Source: Octopus sinensis (lineage: Eukaryota). Taken from it: 64,000 nucleotides of DNA. Under the pieces are notes generated by a model. The model did no database searches and had not been told where the DNA came from. It was given only the letters and a program-made list of their open reading frames with translations. Position 1 is the stretch's first letter; every line of letters starts with the position of its first letter. Location of the stretch: NCBI RefSeq assembly GCF_006345805.1, contig NC_043000.1, positions 148,862,001 to 148,926,000 on the forward strand, written 5' to 3'. Below are positions 53,571 through 64,000 of the stretch, one piece after another. Both the position numbers and the translations under genes were made by a program.

Positions 53571-53951
53571 GAAACAAATACAAAAATGCATGGAAGAAAA
53601 ATGGTATATACACACACATATCTCTGTATATAAATATATATATGGATATATATGTATGTATTGTCTATTGAGGCATAAGGAAACAGAGGGAGGATTGGTT
53701 ATTATTGCTAACAGGTGATGAGTTGTGAATATTTGAGAAATATTGCCATCTTCAAACGAAACAAACACAAATGCATGGAAGATAAATGGCATATACACAC
53801 ACATATCTCTATATACACACACATATATATATATATATTAATGTCTATATATATGTATTAATGTCTATTGTGGCATAGGAAATAGGGGAGGATTGGCTAT
53901 TATTGCTAACAGGTGACAGGTTGTGGGTATTTGAGAAATATTGCCATCTTC
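53571..53951. repeat. Tandem duplication of a ~185-195-bp unit in Rab2 intron 1
   Basis: Units start gaaacaaa.acaaa..tgcatggaag (53571, 53758) and end tttgagaaatattgccatcttc. Confidence 0.85.
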
Positions 53952-54176
53952 GCAGTGCTGCTGGTGTCGGTAAAAGAGGGAAAAAGGGAAGAGGCGTGGG
54001 CAGGAGTCAGGGAAGATATCAAACGTCGACAAGTGGTATACGAAATGCTGTTACGACTTGCGTCAACACACAACAGTTTTCAGCACGTAGATTAATTTAT
54101 CATGGAAAAATTATACCGAAAATACGTTAATACGTTAGAGTAAAAAAACCATCAAAGCTATATACGTAAATCTTAC

Positions 54177-54222
54177 CTGTATCACCTATAATAATGTACT
54201 TAAATAAATATGCATATGACAT
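54177..54222 (-). CDS. RAB2: Rab2 GTPase, coding exon 1 (MSYAYLFKYIIIGDT, 46 nt)
   Basis: Manual translation from ATG at 54222 gives the canonical Rab2 N-terminus, followed by donor G|GTAAGA. The eight exons join in frame to 639 nt. Confidence 0.98.
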
Positions 54223-54273
54223 CCTGAAGCTTGATCCGAGACAGTTTAAGCTACGTAAAAGTATGTCTGCTGA

Positions 54274-54297
54274 TGACGTCACCGGACGTTGACGTCA
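54274..54297. promoter_or_regulatory. Two perfect CRE palindromes (TGACGTCA at 54274-54281 and 54290-54297) just upstream of the Rab2 ATG
   Basis: Read directly from the sequence; CpG-rich context; TATATAA on the - strand at 54315-54321. Confidence 0.7.
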
Positions 54298-54984
54298 CGC
54301 TTTGCCGTTCTACGTTATATAGAGGGCGCAACCGTCTGCGAAAAAAAAAAAAATCTTTGTCTTCTTCTTCTTGCCTTTTTACATCTTCGCAGATTATGAA
54401 ATACAATTGTCTTACTTTAAAGTATAGAAATGTTACGAATACAGAGAAAAGAAAGGCGGGAAAATAAAAATAAAAAAAAGACGAATTCTGCCAAGCATAT
54501 AAAGAATAAATGTAATTCGAAAAATCCTGATAAATTTTTACAGTATAAGCAACTGACTTTTTTTTCTTCAGTTGCCAACAACAACGAAAGGAGGGCGAAA
54601 TATATAATACAATAATATACATTTTCGGCAATTTTAAAATCCATTTATTACACTCTTTTATAATAATTCCGTAGTTAGAAATTTATTAAACACTATAAAA
54701 ATATTTTTAAGTCGACAGATTATCAACGCCAAAATAAGTGGACGAAATTTCCTATTTGATGAAGATTATGTTATGAGTGGTGGTAAAACATGCAAAATAG
54801 GATTAAAATAGAGGATATGCACTTTAGGATTAAAGGCACCGCATTATTCCAGTTGGATGATTGCCTAAATAGGAAAAAAAAAGGACTTTTCCTATGTTGA
54901 ATTAAAAGAATCTTTGACAAGATAGTGTAGGCATTTGTTGAGAAAGTATCAAGGGAGTTAAATGCCTACCAAATGAGGGTCTCA

Positions 54985-55385
54985 TCGTTCATCGTTTAAC
55001 GTCCGCTTTCCATGCTAGCATGAGTTGGACGGTTCAACTGGGGTCTGGGAAGCCCGAAGGCTGCACCAGGCTCCAGTCTGATCTGGCAGTGTTTCTACAG
55101 CTGGATGCCCTTCCTAACGCCAACCACTAAGTGAGTGTAGTGGGTGCTTTTTATGTGCCACCGACACAGGTGCCAGACGAGGCTGGCAAACAGCCACGCT
55201 CGGATGGTGTTTTTTACGTGCCACCGGTACAGAGGCTGGCACGGCCACGATCAGATGGTGTTTGTTATGTGCCACCGGCACGGAGGTCAGTCGATGTGGT
55301 ACTGGCTACGGCCACGTTCGGATGGTTTTCTTATGTGCCACCGGCACTGGTACCACAAAACTACAAATTCCATTGATGTTGATCG
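54985..55385 (-). mobile_element. Family A RTE 3' UTR copy
   Basis: catcgtttaacgtccgctttccatgctagc followed by tandem units. Confidence 0.85.
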
Positions 55386-55531
55386 ATTTCCATATTATTC
55401 AAATTTATTGTATGTATCCCTATTTTAGAATAGCTACACTATGTCCCTAAGTGACAAGGGGGTTAAATGTGGATTAATGAGGGTTTATCTAACTATATTT
55501 ACCATTATTTATGTACCTAAGTTTTAGAATA

Positions 55532-55955
55532 TGTAACGAAGGATCTGTTATCGCTCCACTGAAAGGGTGTCGATATCCAATCTAGTCACATATAAATTTT
55601 ATAAAACAATGCAGACGAAGTCAGGTTGAAGGTAAAAGACAGTAGTTCTGGTTTATTGATTGCGATGTCGTACGTGTGTCTAGTGGGAGAAAGACAGCCT
55701 CTGATATACAGCTTCGTGTTAGTTTGTTGAAGTTGGTTGATGGTCGTTGGCGCTATGTCGTAGCACGAGTGGTTGTCAGAGCCTGTGAATGCACGTCCGA
55801 TCGCAATGCTGTCTAGCCGAAGAGAGCGATTTGAGCTTGGCGGGCTTGAGGGAACGTTTTCCCGCACATGCACATGGGGAAGACTTCCGGTGGCCACCCA
55901 GAAGTAGTCCCATTCTGCGCATGCGCGCTGAACCCTACACAGTAGCATCACTACA
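55532..55955 (-). mobile_element. Solo LTR (Gypsy-like)
   Basis: TGTA...TACA ends, 4-bp TSD aata on both sides, AATAAA on the - strand at 55652-55657, CpG-rich. Confidence 0.72.
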
Positions 55956-56159
55956 AATAGGTACAGTGTATCTCTAATGGAGTTAGAGACAGGAAAAGCA
56001 TCTGGCTGTAAAACACTGCCTCAGAAAGTCTATCCAATCCATGTCAGTGAATGGAAAAGCAGATAAAATCAAGATGGAGACAGACAGTCTTGATAAAAGT
56101 GCTTAATAAGTCAAATTATAAGCAACATGTAAACACAGGAACAGTGTGTGTTATATATA

Positions 56160-56403
56160 TAGGGTCTTGCAGATAAATTGAGACAATTTTTAGAATGCAT
56201 AAAGCTGGTTATAAATACTAAAATAATGGTAGTAGACAGGAGTGGCTGTGTGGTAAGTAGCTTGCTAACCAACCACATGGTTCCGGGTTCAGTCCCACTG
56301 CATGGCATCTTGGGCAAGTGTCTTCTGCTATAGCCCCGCGCCGACCAATGCCTTGTGAGTGGATTTGGTAGACAGAAACTGAAAGAAGCCTGTCGTATAT
56401 ATG

Positions 56404-56460
<57 letters not shown>

Positions 56461-57790
56461 CTGTGTTTGTCCCCCTAGCATTGCTTGACAACCGATACTG
56501 GTATGTTTATGTCCCCGTCACTTAGCGGTTCGGCAAAAGAGACCAATAGAATAAGTCCCGGGGTCGATTTGCTCGACTAAAGGCGGTGCTCCAGCATGGC
56601 TGCAGTCAAATGACTGAAACAAGTAAAAGAGTAAAGAGAGACAGATATAATTTTAATGTAACCTTTATTACAACAGAAACATCGCTCAATATGGCTGCCC
56701 TTTCGAGCAATTACTGCCTCTATACAAGAACAAAATTTTTTGCAGCTGCTGCAACCTCTGCCTTTTTGATTTTGCATGTCACACACATGATGCAGGTCTT
56801 CAGACTGTTGACACTCGAGTGTGGTGAAACAGTGGTCCTTGCATGAAGTACTCCCCATAAAAAGTAATCGAGAAAGTTGAGATCTGTGCTATTTCTGGGC
56901 CAGATGTTGGCCCTTACAAAAAATGGCACCTCACCAAGGAAGGCCTGTGTTACTTTTGACCCATAGCATAGTACAGAATCCTGGATAAGCACCACATTGT
57001 CAAGCCCAAACTTATGCTCCATCCAAGGTAACAGAGAGTTCTTCAGGATGTCCAGATACTCCTTTATGCCAATCTTCAAGCCAGACTCTATGAAGTGTGG
57101 GTCCATGATACTTCCATCACTTGCCATACCATTACTGAGACAGGATTCTTAGTCTCAAACACAGTTAGGGTGGTGTCGGAAGGGTTGTATGCAATCATTC
57201 AAGAATTTCAGTGATTCACCTCAGCATCTACAGTGAACTTTTTCTCATCCACAAACATGAGAGTTTTTCCTGCACTTTGATGCTTGATGAATGACAGAAG
57301 CTTTGGGTATCTCTCAGCTCTGATTGCTTTGGCCTTGGCTGTTAGGAGGTGACAGCATCATCGAACATAGCTCTGGACACTGAGGGAAGGGACACATTGC
57401 ACTTCTTTTCAAGGTGGGTTGGCTTCAGTTGAGCATTTGAGGCCAGCAAGAAACTTAGGATTGTGTTTGGAATCACTTTGAGTCTTGTGATCTTTTCTAT
57501 CAATCTTTTCCTCTTCTTTAAATTGTTTATACACATGGTAAACTGTTGCTTTTGGAAGTTTCACTAACTTAGCAATTTTACTGGCAATGAACCTGGCACA
57601 CAGCAAAACAACAATAGCAGAATGATTCTGTTGTTCCATGACTTTCTGTAGTCGAATCAGCATGCCTTTTACTTGAAAAATAAAGAGGAGGATTAGATTT
57701 TCAAGCAAGTAGAGTTTTGTCAAAAAATGAAACATTAAATTCACTAAGTCAACTGCTTAAAATTGGTCACAATTTATCTACATGACTCTG
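56160..57790 (-). mobile_element. Decayed Tc1/mariner (maT-like) transposon with TIRs and transposase pseudogene
   Basis: HTH N-terminus (57409-57744 frame); catalytic motifs FVDEKKF, IQDS and WPRNSTDLNFLDY; ~30-bp TIRs (ag.gtc.tg.agataaattg.gac) flanked by TA; in-frame stops. Confidence 0.88.
56236..56640 (+). mobile_element. Family B SINE nested inside the mariner element
   Basis: caggagtggctgtgtggtaagtagc head, long (TA)n, and aaacaagtaaaagagt tail, all between the mariner TIRs. Confidence 0.88.
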
Positions 57791-58687
57791 TATATATTGC
57801 TACTAAATACAAACAGAAAGGGCAATACTACCAGAATAATTTGAAGAATTTAAGCTTTATTGTATCCTGCTTATTTAACTCAAAGTTGAAATTTAGCTTC
57901 TGTAAAACACTCAATAGTTCTGGCTTCAAATCACAGAAGTGAGACATTTTAGAATTAAAATGTCTGCCTCTCTGAATCAAATGTCAAAGGGACTCCATAA
58001 ATATAAGTAGTAGTATTTTTGAAACAATGTCAACACAATGTATCATTAGACAAAATAAATATCATATTGACATGATTCTATACAATATTTATAATGTAAA
58101 TAGATAGAAATGACTGGTTAAAGAGTTAGAAGTTATGTAGAAATTGTTAATTGAAGATAGAGGGTCTTGAATTTAAGGTTAAAGAAATAGTACTTGGAGT
58201 TCTATATACAATTTTTTTCATTTCATCCTTGAAGGTTTGATATTTGTAATATCTTTTCAGTAAACCAAAATCCCACTGACTAATGAGACATAGTTATCAC
58301 AGGAGTTTCTACATGGTATAAATTATAAAATGAAAGACTCCAGATGTTTGAAATCTGGAAGAAAGCTATTTGAAAAGAAACATTGTTAGTTAACAATAGA
58401 GATATTTAGAGCTGAACAGCATCAGATAATAGGAATAAGATACTATGAAATTGGATAAAGTGATTATATATACTTTAGCTATAATATCAACTGTAAATAA
58501 GAGTACCTTTAGCTTAACTGAGAGTGTATAGTTAAATACAGGTTTGTACAGTTGTGTCAGAATGAGGTTAACTTGTATAAGAAACTGTTTGGCCTGCATC
58601 AGTATGTGATTCTAAAGATATCACCTTTCTTGTTAAACAATTTCAATAAAAGTACTTAAAATATGAACAAAACATTGTTTGATCTGT

Positions 58688-59075
58688 CTTCTTCTAGCAC
58701 TCCGTCGGTTACGACGATGAGGGTCCCAGCTGATACGATCAATGGAACAGCTTGCTTGTGGAATTGACGTGCAAGTGGCTGAGCACAACACAGACGCGTG
58801 TACCCTTAACGTAGTTCTCAAGGAGATTCAGCGTGACACAGAGTGTGACAAGGCTGGCCCTTTGAAGTACAGGTACAACAGAAACAGGAAGAAAGAGTGA
58901 GAGAAAGTTGTGGTGAAGGAGTACAGCAGGGTTCACCACCATCCCCTGCCGGAGCCTCGTGAAGCTTTAGGTGTTTTCGCTCAATAAACACTCACAATGC
59001 CCGGTCTGGGAATCGAAACCGCGATCCTACGACTGTGAGTCCGCTGCCCTAACCACTGGGCCATTGCGCCTCCAC
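58688..59075 (-). mobile_element. Family D SINE, full length, second tail type
   Basis: A box TGGCCCAGTGG, B box GGTTTCGATTCC; 11-bp TSD gtttgatctgt (58677-58687 / 59076-59086). Confidence 0.9.
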
Positions 59076-59334
59076 GTTTGATCTGTAGAAAGTCTTTGAT
59101 AGAGTTTAATGGCCTAGAGTTTGGTGAAAACTGAAAAACTAATTGGACACCAGTGGTTCTTAATCTGGTTGACAAGCCTATCCTTAGGTTAAGGATAACC
59201 ATTCAGATTAAAGTGGGGCACTGTGGAGATATGGTGGTGGTAGCAGTGGATGAGGGTATTTAGTGTTTAGAAAAATTATGATGTTCTTTTTTAGAAATAT
59301 AATATCTAAGCTAGGTACAATACTTATATTTTAT

Positions 59335-59700
59335 TCTTTTATTTGTCTCGGTAATTTGACTGTGGCCATGCTGGAGCACCACCTCTAGTCAAACAAGGAC
59401 TTATTCTTTGTATGCCAAGTACTTATTCTATCAGTCTTTTTTGCTAAACTGTAAGTTATGGGGATGTAAACACACCAACATCGGTTGTCAAGCAATAGTG
59501 GAGGGGGACAAACAGATGCACAAACATATATATATATATGATGAGCTTCTTTCAGTTTCCGTTTACCAAATACACCCACAAGGCTTTGGTTGGCCTGAGG
59601 CTATAGTAGAAGGTACTTGCCCAAGATGCCACGCAGTGGGACTGAACCTGGAACCATGTGGTTGGGAAGCAAACTTCATACCACACAGCCATACCTGCTC
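59335..59700 (-). mobile_element. Diverged family B SINE
   Basis: ggccatgctggagcacc...ccacgcagtgggactgaacc...ccacacagccatacctg. Confidence 0.75.
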
Positions 59701-60167
59701 TTATTTTAAATATATCGTCAAAAAAACTTTTTGAATTCGAATTTGAGTTGGATATTATGTTATCAGTAAGGAGAAGACATGGCTGATAATGAAACAAGAT
59801 CCAATACAATTTCATTATAGAAGTCCTTGTCTTCTTTGATAATTTCCACATAAATTTCATCTAGAGGGCAAATATTAAGAAATATCTGGAAGAGGTACAT
59901 ACTAGATTGTATAGTATAAGAAAATGTGGACAATATTAGCAAGATTGGCTTCTGTTTGATTGAAATAACTGCTTTTCCAATGAAGTGTGATGCTGAGCAG
60001 CAAAAGATAAAAACCACTTGGTGTAGACAAAAGACTTGTAAGAATTATTCAAACCATGCATAAGAGTTAGTAAGAAGAATATTGGCAGGGAGTACAGGGA
60101 AGAATATTGTATGTAGATAGTCATTAGGTTTCTGCTCCCAAACCCCTCATTTTAATTATAGCTCTTG

Positions 60168-60433
60168 CCGCCTCGACTGGCTTCCGTGCCGGTGGCACGT
60201 AAAATGCACCAATCCGACCGTGGCCATTGCCAGCCTCGCCTGGCACCTGTGCAGGTGGCACGTAAAAAGCACCCACTACACTCACGGAGTGGTTGGCGTT
60301 AGGAAGGGCATCCAGCAGTAGAAACACTGCCAGATCAGACTGGAGCCTGGTGCAGCCTTCTGGCTTCCCAGATCCCCGGTCGAACCGTCCAACCCATGCT
60401 AGCATGGAGAACGGACGTTAAACGATGATGATG
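60168..60433 (+). mobile_element. Family A RTE 3' UTR copy
   Basis: Ends gaacggacgttaaacgatgatgatg. Confidence 0.87.
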
Positions 60434-61119
60434 AAGACTATGATAAAGGGATTCTAGACTGGATATCATTTGGAATAGATTTTGAGCATATTAAAAAGTA
60501 AATGATGAATCTTCAGTTCTCATTGAAGAGTTTGTTAAAGACCTGCTGAGAAAGTTACAATGAATGTGGAATTGTTCAATCACTTAAAATATAAGTGGCG
60601 AAGACCATTTTGTTAGTAACAAAAAGCACCAAATCTCAATGAGATATGAGGTCTAGTTTGATATGTCAGTAGTATGTCAATGTGTATTCATTGTAAATAA
60701 TGAGTACACATAAGACTGTGGCTATAATAGAAGCACAGATATGATTAACAGTAGGAGTACCCTTGAAAGTACGTCTACAAACTGATCAGTCAGGTTTACC
60801 AGATGTAGTTGCTAGGTGGTGACCTAATTTGCAGTAGACATTGTAGCAATTCTATAGTAGCCAGAGTAATGGAGGGTTTTTCTCTCTCGCTTCTTACTCT
60901 CTATGTCTCTTGCTCTCTCTCACACACATACACACACACACATGCACACGCTCACAAACAGACATGCACAGAGCAAAAGCAATCTGTATGAAACATTTCT
61001 AAAGTGTGTAATACTGCTTGGTAGGGAGACATGGACGTTGAAGAAAAACAAGAAAAGAAATGAGTAATATTGGTTTAAAATTTTGACACAAAGCTAGTAA
61101 TTTCAAGGAAGGGGTTAAA

Positions 61120-61280
61120 TCAATTACACCAACCCCTGTATTCAACTAGTACTTATTTTATCAACCCTGAATGGATGAAAGGTAAAGTTGACCTCAGCAG
61201 AATTTGAACTCTGAACGTAAAGCTCGACAATATGCTGCTGAGCTTTTTGCCCGGCGTGCTAACAGTTCTGCCAGCTTACT
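61120..61280 (-). mobile_element. Diverged family C SINE
   Basis: ggatgaaaggtaaagttgacctcagcagaatttgaactc. Confidence 0.7.
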
Positions 61281-61867
61281 GCTCTTGAAAAGAGTAATAA
61301 TAAGCAGCATAGAATGAAAGCAGTAATGAACAGAGAGAGAGAGAGAGAGCAGCTGTGTATTAAAGGAGAGCTTCAGTTGATGTATATAGGCACCATGACA
61401 ACATTGGTATGGAGATGTGATGCAAATAGGGGATGAGTAGAGGTGGGGGAAAGTGCCTGTAGCAGATTTCAATACAAGATAAGATACAATACAAGATAAC
61501 AAAAATTTGAGACAAGTGGTGATGTTCATTCCTTTCCAACCTATCCCATGCCAGCAGTGGGAAAGCAATGATAACGATGATGACAATGATGATGGTGATG
61601 AAAAATTTTGACTTCAGTCACAAAATTTACTTAGACCTCTGCTTTTCTTTGTTATTTATTTGGCCAGTATGATTTTACCAGTTACAATTTCTAAAACCTA
61701 GACTAACCAGTGCAAGACAGATGCAGTGGAATACATGACAGATTGTCATGTCTTGAATGCTAATCAAAATATAAATTTCCGATCACTCTTAGTTTGTGGG
61801 TCATTAACAATTAGATATCTAACTCCATCACCTAATCTAATTTAATGAGGTCCATTCAACAAGAAGG

Positions 61868-61880
61868 ACTACTACTACTA

Positions 61881-61925
<45 letters not shown>

Positions 61926-61985
61926 ATATTACTACTACTACAACTGCTACTACCGCCACCAGCACCAGCACCACCATGACCACCA
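61868..61985. repeat. (ACT)n microsatellite decaying into (CAC/CAG) triplets
   Basis: Read directly from the sequence. Confidence 0.95.
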
Positions 61986-62299
61986 TAGTTGCTGTAAAAC
62001 CAGCCAGTCACAAAGCTCACTACCAGTATTACCTACTCTTGATTTTTATATTTAACTAAGCCTATTAAATATAATAATATTTATAGTGGATTAAAGAACT
62101 AACACAGCTTTTAAAGTAGGCTCTTTGTTTCAGAGAAAATACACCAACAATAGAATTTTAAGCAGTTGCTTTTCAATTTTTTCGATACTGAGGCACATGA
62201 GATCAAACATATGGAAGTGTAGAAGAAATTACTTGCAGATTTGGTGTTCAAAAAAAAAGTTTAAAATTTAGGAAAATATAGGAAATTAATGCTTATATA

Positions 62300-63010
62300 G
62301 GTTCAGGTATGGCTGTGTGGTTAAGATGCTTGCTTTACAACCACATAATTTCGGGTTCAACCCCACAGCACAATATCTTGGTAAAGTGTTTACTGCAATA
62401 GCCCTGGGCTGACCAATGCTTTGTGAGTGAATTAGGTAGACAAAAACTGAAAGAATGTGTGTGTTTATGTTGTGTTTGTCCCCCATCACTGCTTGACAAC
62501 TGGTGTTGGTTTGATTATGTCCCCATAACTTAGCAATTTGGCAAAAAAAAACCAATAAAATTAGAAACAGGCTTTAGAAAATAAGTACTGAGGCGCATGA
62601 CTCAGTGGTTAGAGCATCGGGCTCACAATCACAAGGTAGTGGGTTCGGTTTCCAGACCAGGCTGTGTATTGTGTTCTTGAACATGACACTTTATTTCACA
62701 TTGTTCCGATTCACTCAGCTGTACAAAGAATTGCAACATCACTGGTGCCAAACTGTATTGGCCTTTACCTTTCCCTTGGATAACAGCAGTGGCATGGAGA
62801 CAGGGAGGCTGGTATGCATGAGCAACTGCTGGTCTGTCATAAACAACCTTTCCTGGACTCATGCCTCGGGGAGGAACTTTCAAGGTGCAATCCCATGGTC
62901 ATTCATGACCAAAGGGGGTTTTTATCCTCTTTTCCGAGGGTCGATTTGTTTGACTAAATCATTCAAGGTAATATCTTAGCAGGGCTGCAGCCATTGACTG
63001 AAGCAAGTTA
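62300..63010 (+). mobile_element. Diverged family B SINE interrupted by another tRNA-derived SINE (~62590-62930)
   Basis: The family B body breaks at aataagtact and resumes at gagggtcgatttg; the insert has its own head gaggcgcatgactcagtggttagagc...gggttcggtttcc. Confidence 0.7.
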
Positions 63011-63183
63011 ACGATAAAATATGTATGTATATATATATATATATATATAAAATGAGATAGGGGTTGGAAATTCAACCCACCATGGGATAACATATATCCA
63101 ATATACTGCTGTATTGATTGGGTATCATCTGATGGTTGATGTTTGATTGATTTAAGTATGTTTCTCCATTTTCTAATTTTGTA

Positions 63184-63233
<50 letters not shown>

Positions 63234-63242
63234 TATTTATTT

Positions 63243-63546
63243 ATGCGCCCTTTTCAAGTCTAACCAGGCTCATGGTCCCGGTTTCCCAGTTTCTGTGGCA
63301 TATGTGTTCCCCCCAGCTGGATGGGACACCAGTCCATTGCAGCTTTACCCAAGAAACAAGAAGAAAGAGTGAGAGAAAGTTGGGGCGAAAGAGTACAATA
63401 GGGGTCACCACCACTCCCTGCCGGAGCCCCATGGAGCTTTAGGTGTTTTTGCTCAATAAACACACACAAAGCCTGCTCTAGGAATCGAAACCGCAATCCT
63501 ACGACCGCGAGTCCGCTGCCCTAACCACTGGGCCATTGTGCCTCCA
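63243..63546 (-). mobile_element. Family D SINE with V-domain-like tail
   Basis: Same head and core as 58688; 3' part atggactggtgtcccatccag...gaaactgggaaaccgg shared with the copy at 1004. Confidence 0.85.
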
Positions 63547-64000
63547 CACACACACACACACACATTTATATTAATCATACATGTGAAGTACAAAATCTTA
63601 AATTACAAAATTGGGAATAATAAATTTCAAGATACTCAAGTTACAGAATGGATTTTCTAAAGAATTAAATTATATTTTAAAAAATGTAAAGCATATCAAT
63701 GCATTGCAGCTTACCATATAAGAACCAATCGTTTAAAATATCTGATATAAACTATTTTGTGTTTATTTACTTTCAAGTGTTGTAATCTGTGGAAGAAAGT
63801 TGTGGGTTAAGTTGATAGAGCACTGCATTATCTCAAAGAGTTAATGACTTGCATTTTGCTCATGGTTTCATAGTGTTTTTATGGCCCTGACACTTAAACC
63901 CTGATTGCTTGTCCGAACTAGATCTAAATGAGGTAAGAGATTTTCTGAAAGCTCAATAAAATTTGGCAGCTAGCAAATTTTTGCTCATTTACTGCTTTGT

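Noticed and set aside
54251-54644. 126-aa, 75-aa and 61-aa ORFs around the Rab2 promoter as a divergent gene
   Set aside because: Low-complexity F/K-rich translations of A/T tracts, with no splice structure or homology that I recognise.
59000-59075. tRNA-like sequences with A and B boxes (also 25300-25371, 63470-63546, 62590-62660, 12561-12650)
   Set aside because: No complete cloverleaf or acceptor stem; each continues into a SINE body, and several have a TSD.
59763-60124. Stretch reading CPLDEIYVEIIKEDKDFYNEIVLDL, possibly a decayed transposon or nuclease
   Set aside because: Too short, surrounded by stops, and I cannot assign a family without a profile search.

Overview
AT-rich, repeat-dense eukaryotic genomic DNA. 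The SINE and RTE-LINE repertoire looks like an octopus (cephalopod) genome; this is inferred from repeat style, not proven. It holds two complete, convergent protein-coding genes that the ORF track largely misses because the exons are small. (1) UQCR11, the ~6 kDa complex III subunit, on the + strand: coding exons 6958-7010 and 12115-12231/12235, plus a probable terminal exon from 17956; 57 aa. (2) Rab2 on the - strand: 8 coding exons from 54222 down to 20086; 639 nt, 212 aa; all introns GT-AG. The rest is a TE mosaic: at least three retroposon groups (RTE, RTE/RTEX-like, CR1-like LINE fragments), several tRNA-derived SINE families, hAT, piggyBac-type and pogo-type MITEs, a Helitron, a decayed maT/mariner and a solo LTR. 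I found no CRISPR array, rRNA or true tRNA gene, and I cannot demonstrate a wholly new biological system. The best leads are: a twin-primed (5'-inverted) RTE insertion with a 13-bp TSD; a SINE that shares its tail with that LINE and belongs to a tail-swapping SINE family; a UQCR11 intron that splits the last codon so that splicing and retention give the same protein; a tandem CRE pair at the Rab2 start; an LTR carrying NRF-1/ETS sites just upstream of Rab2; and several long intronic hairpins that are plausible ADAR substrates. TE boundaries without a stated TSD are approximate.
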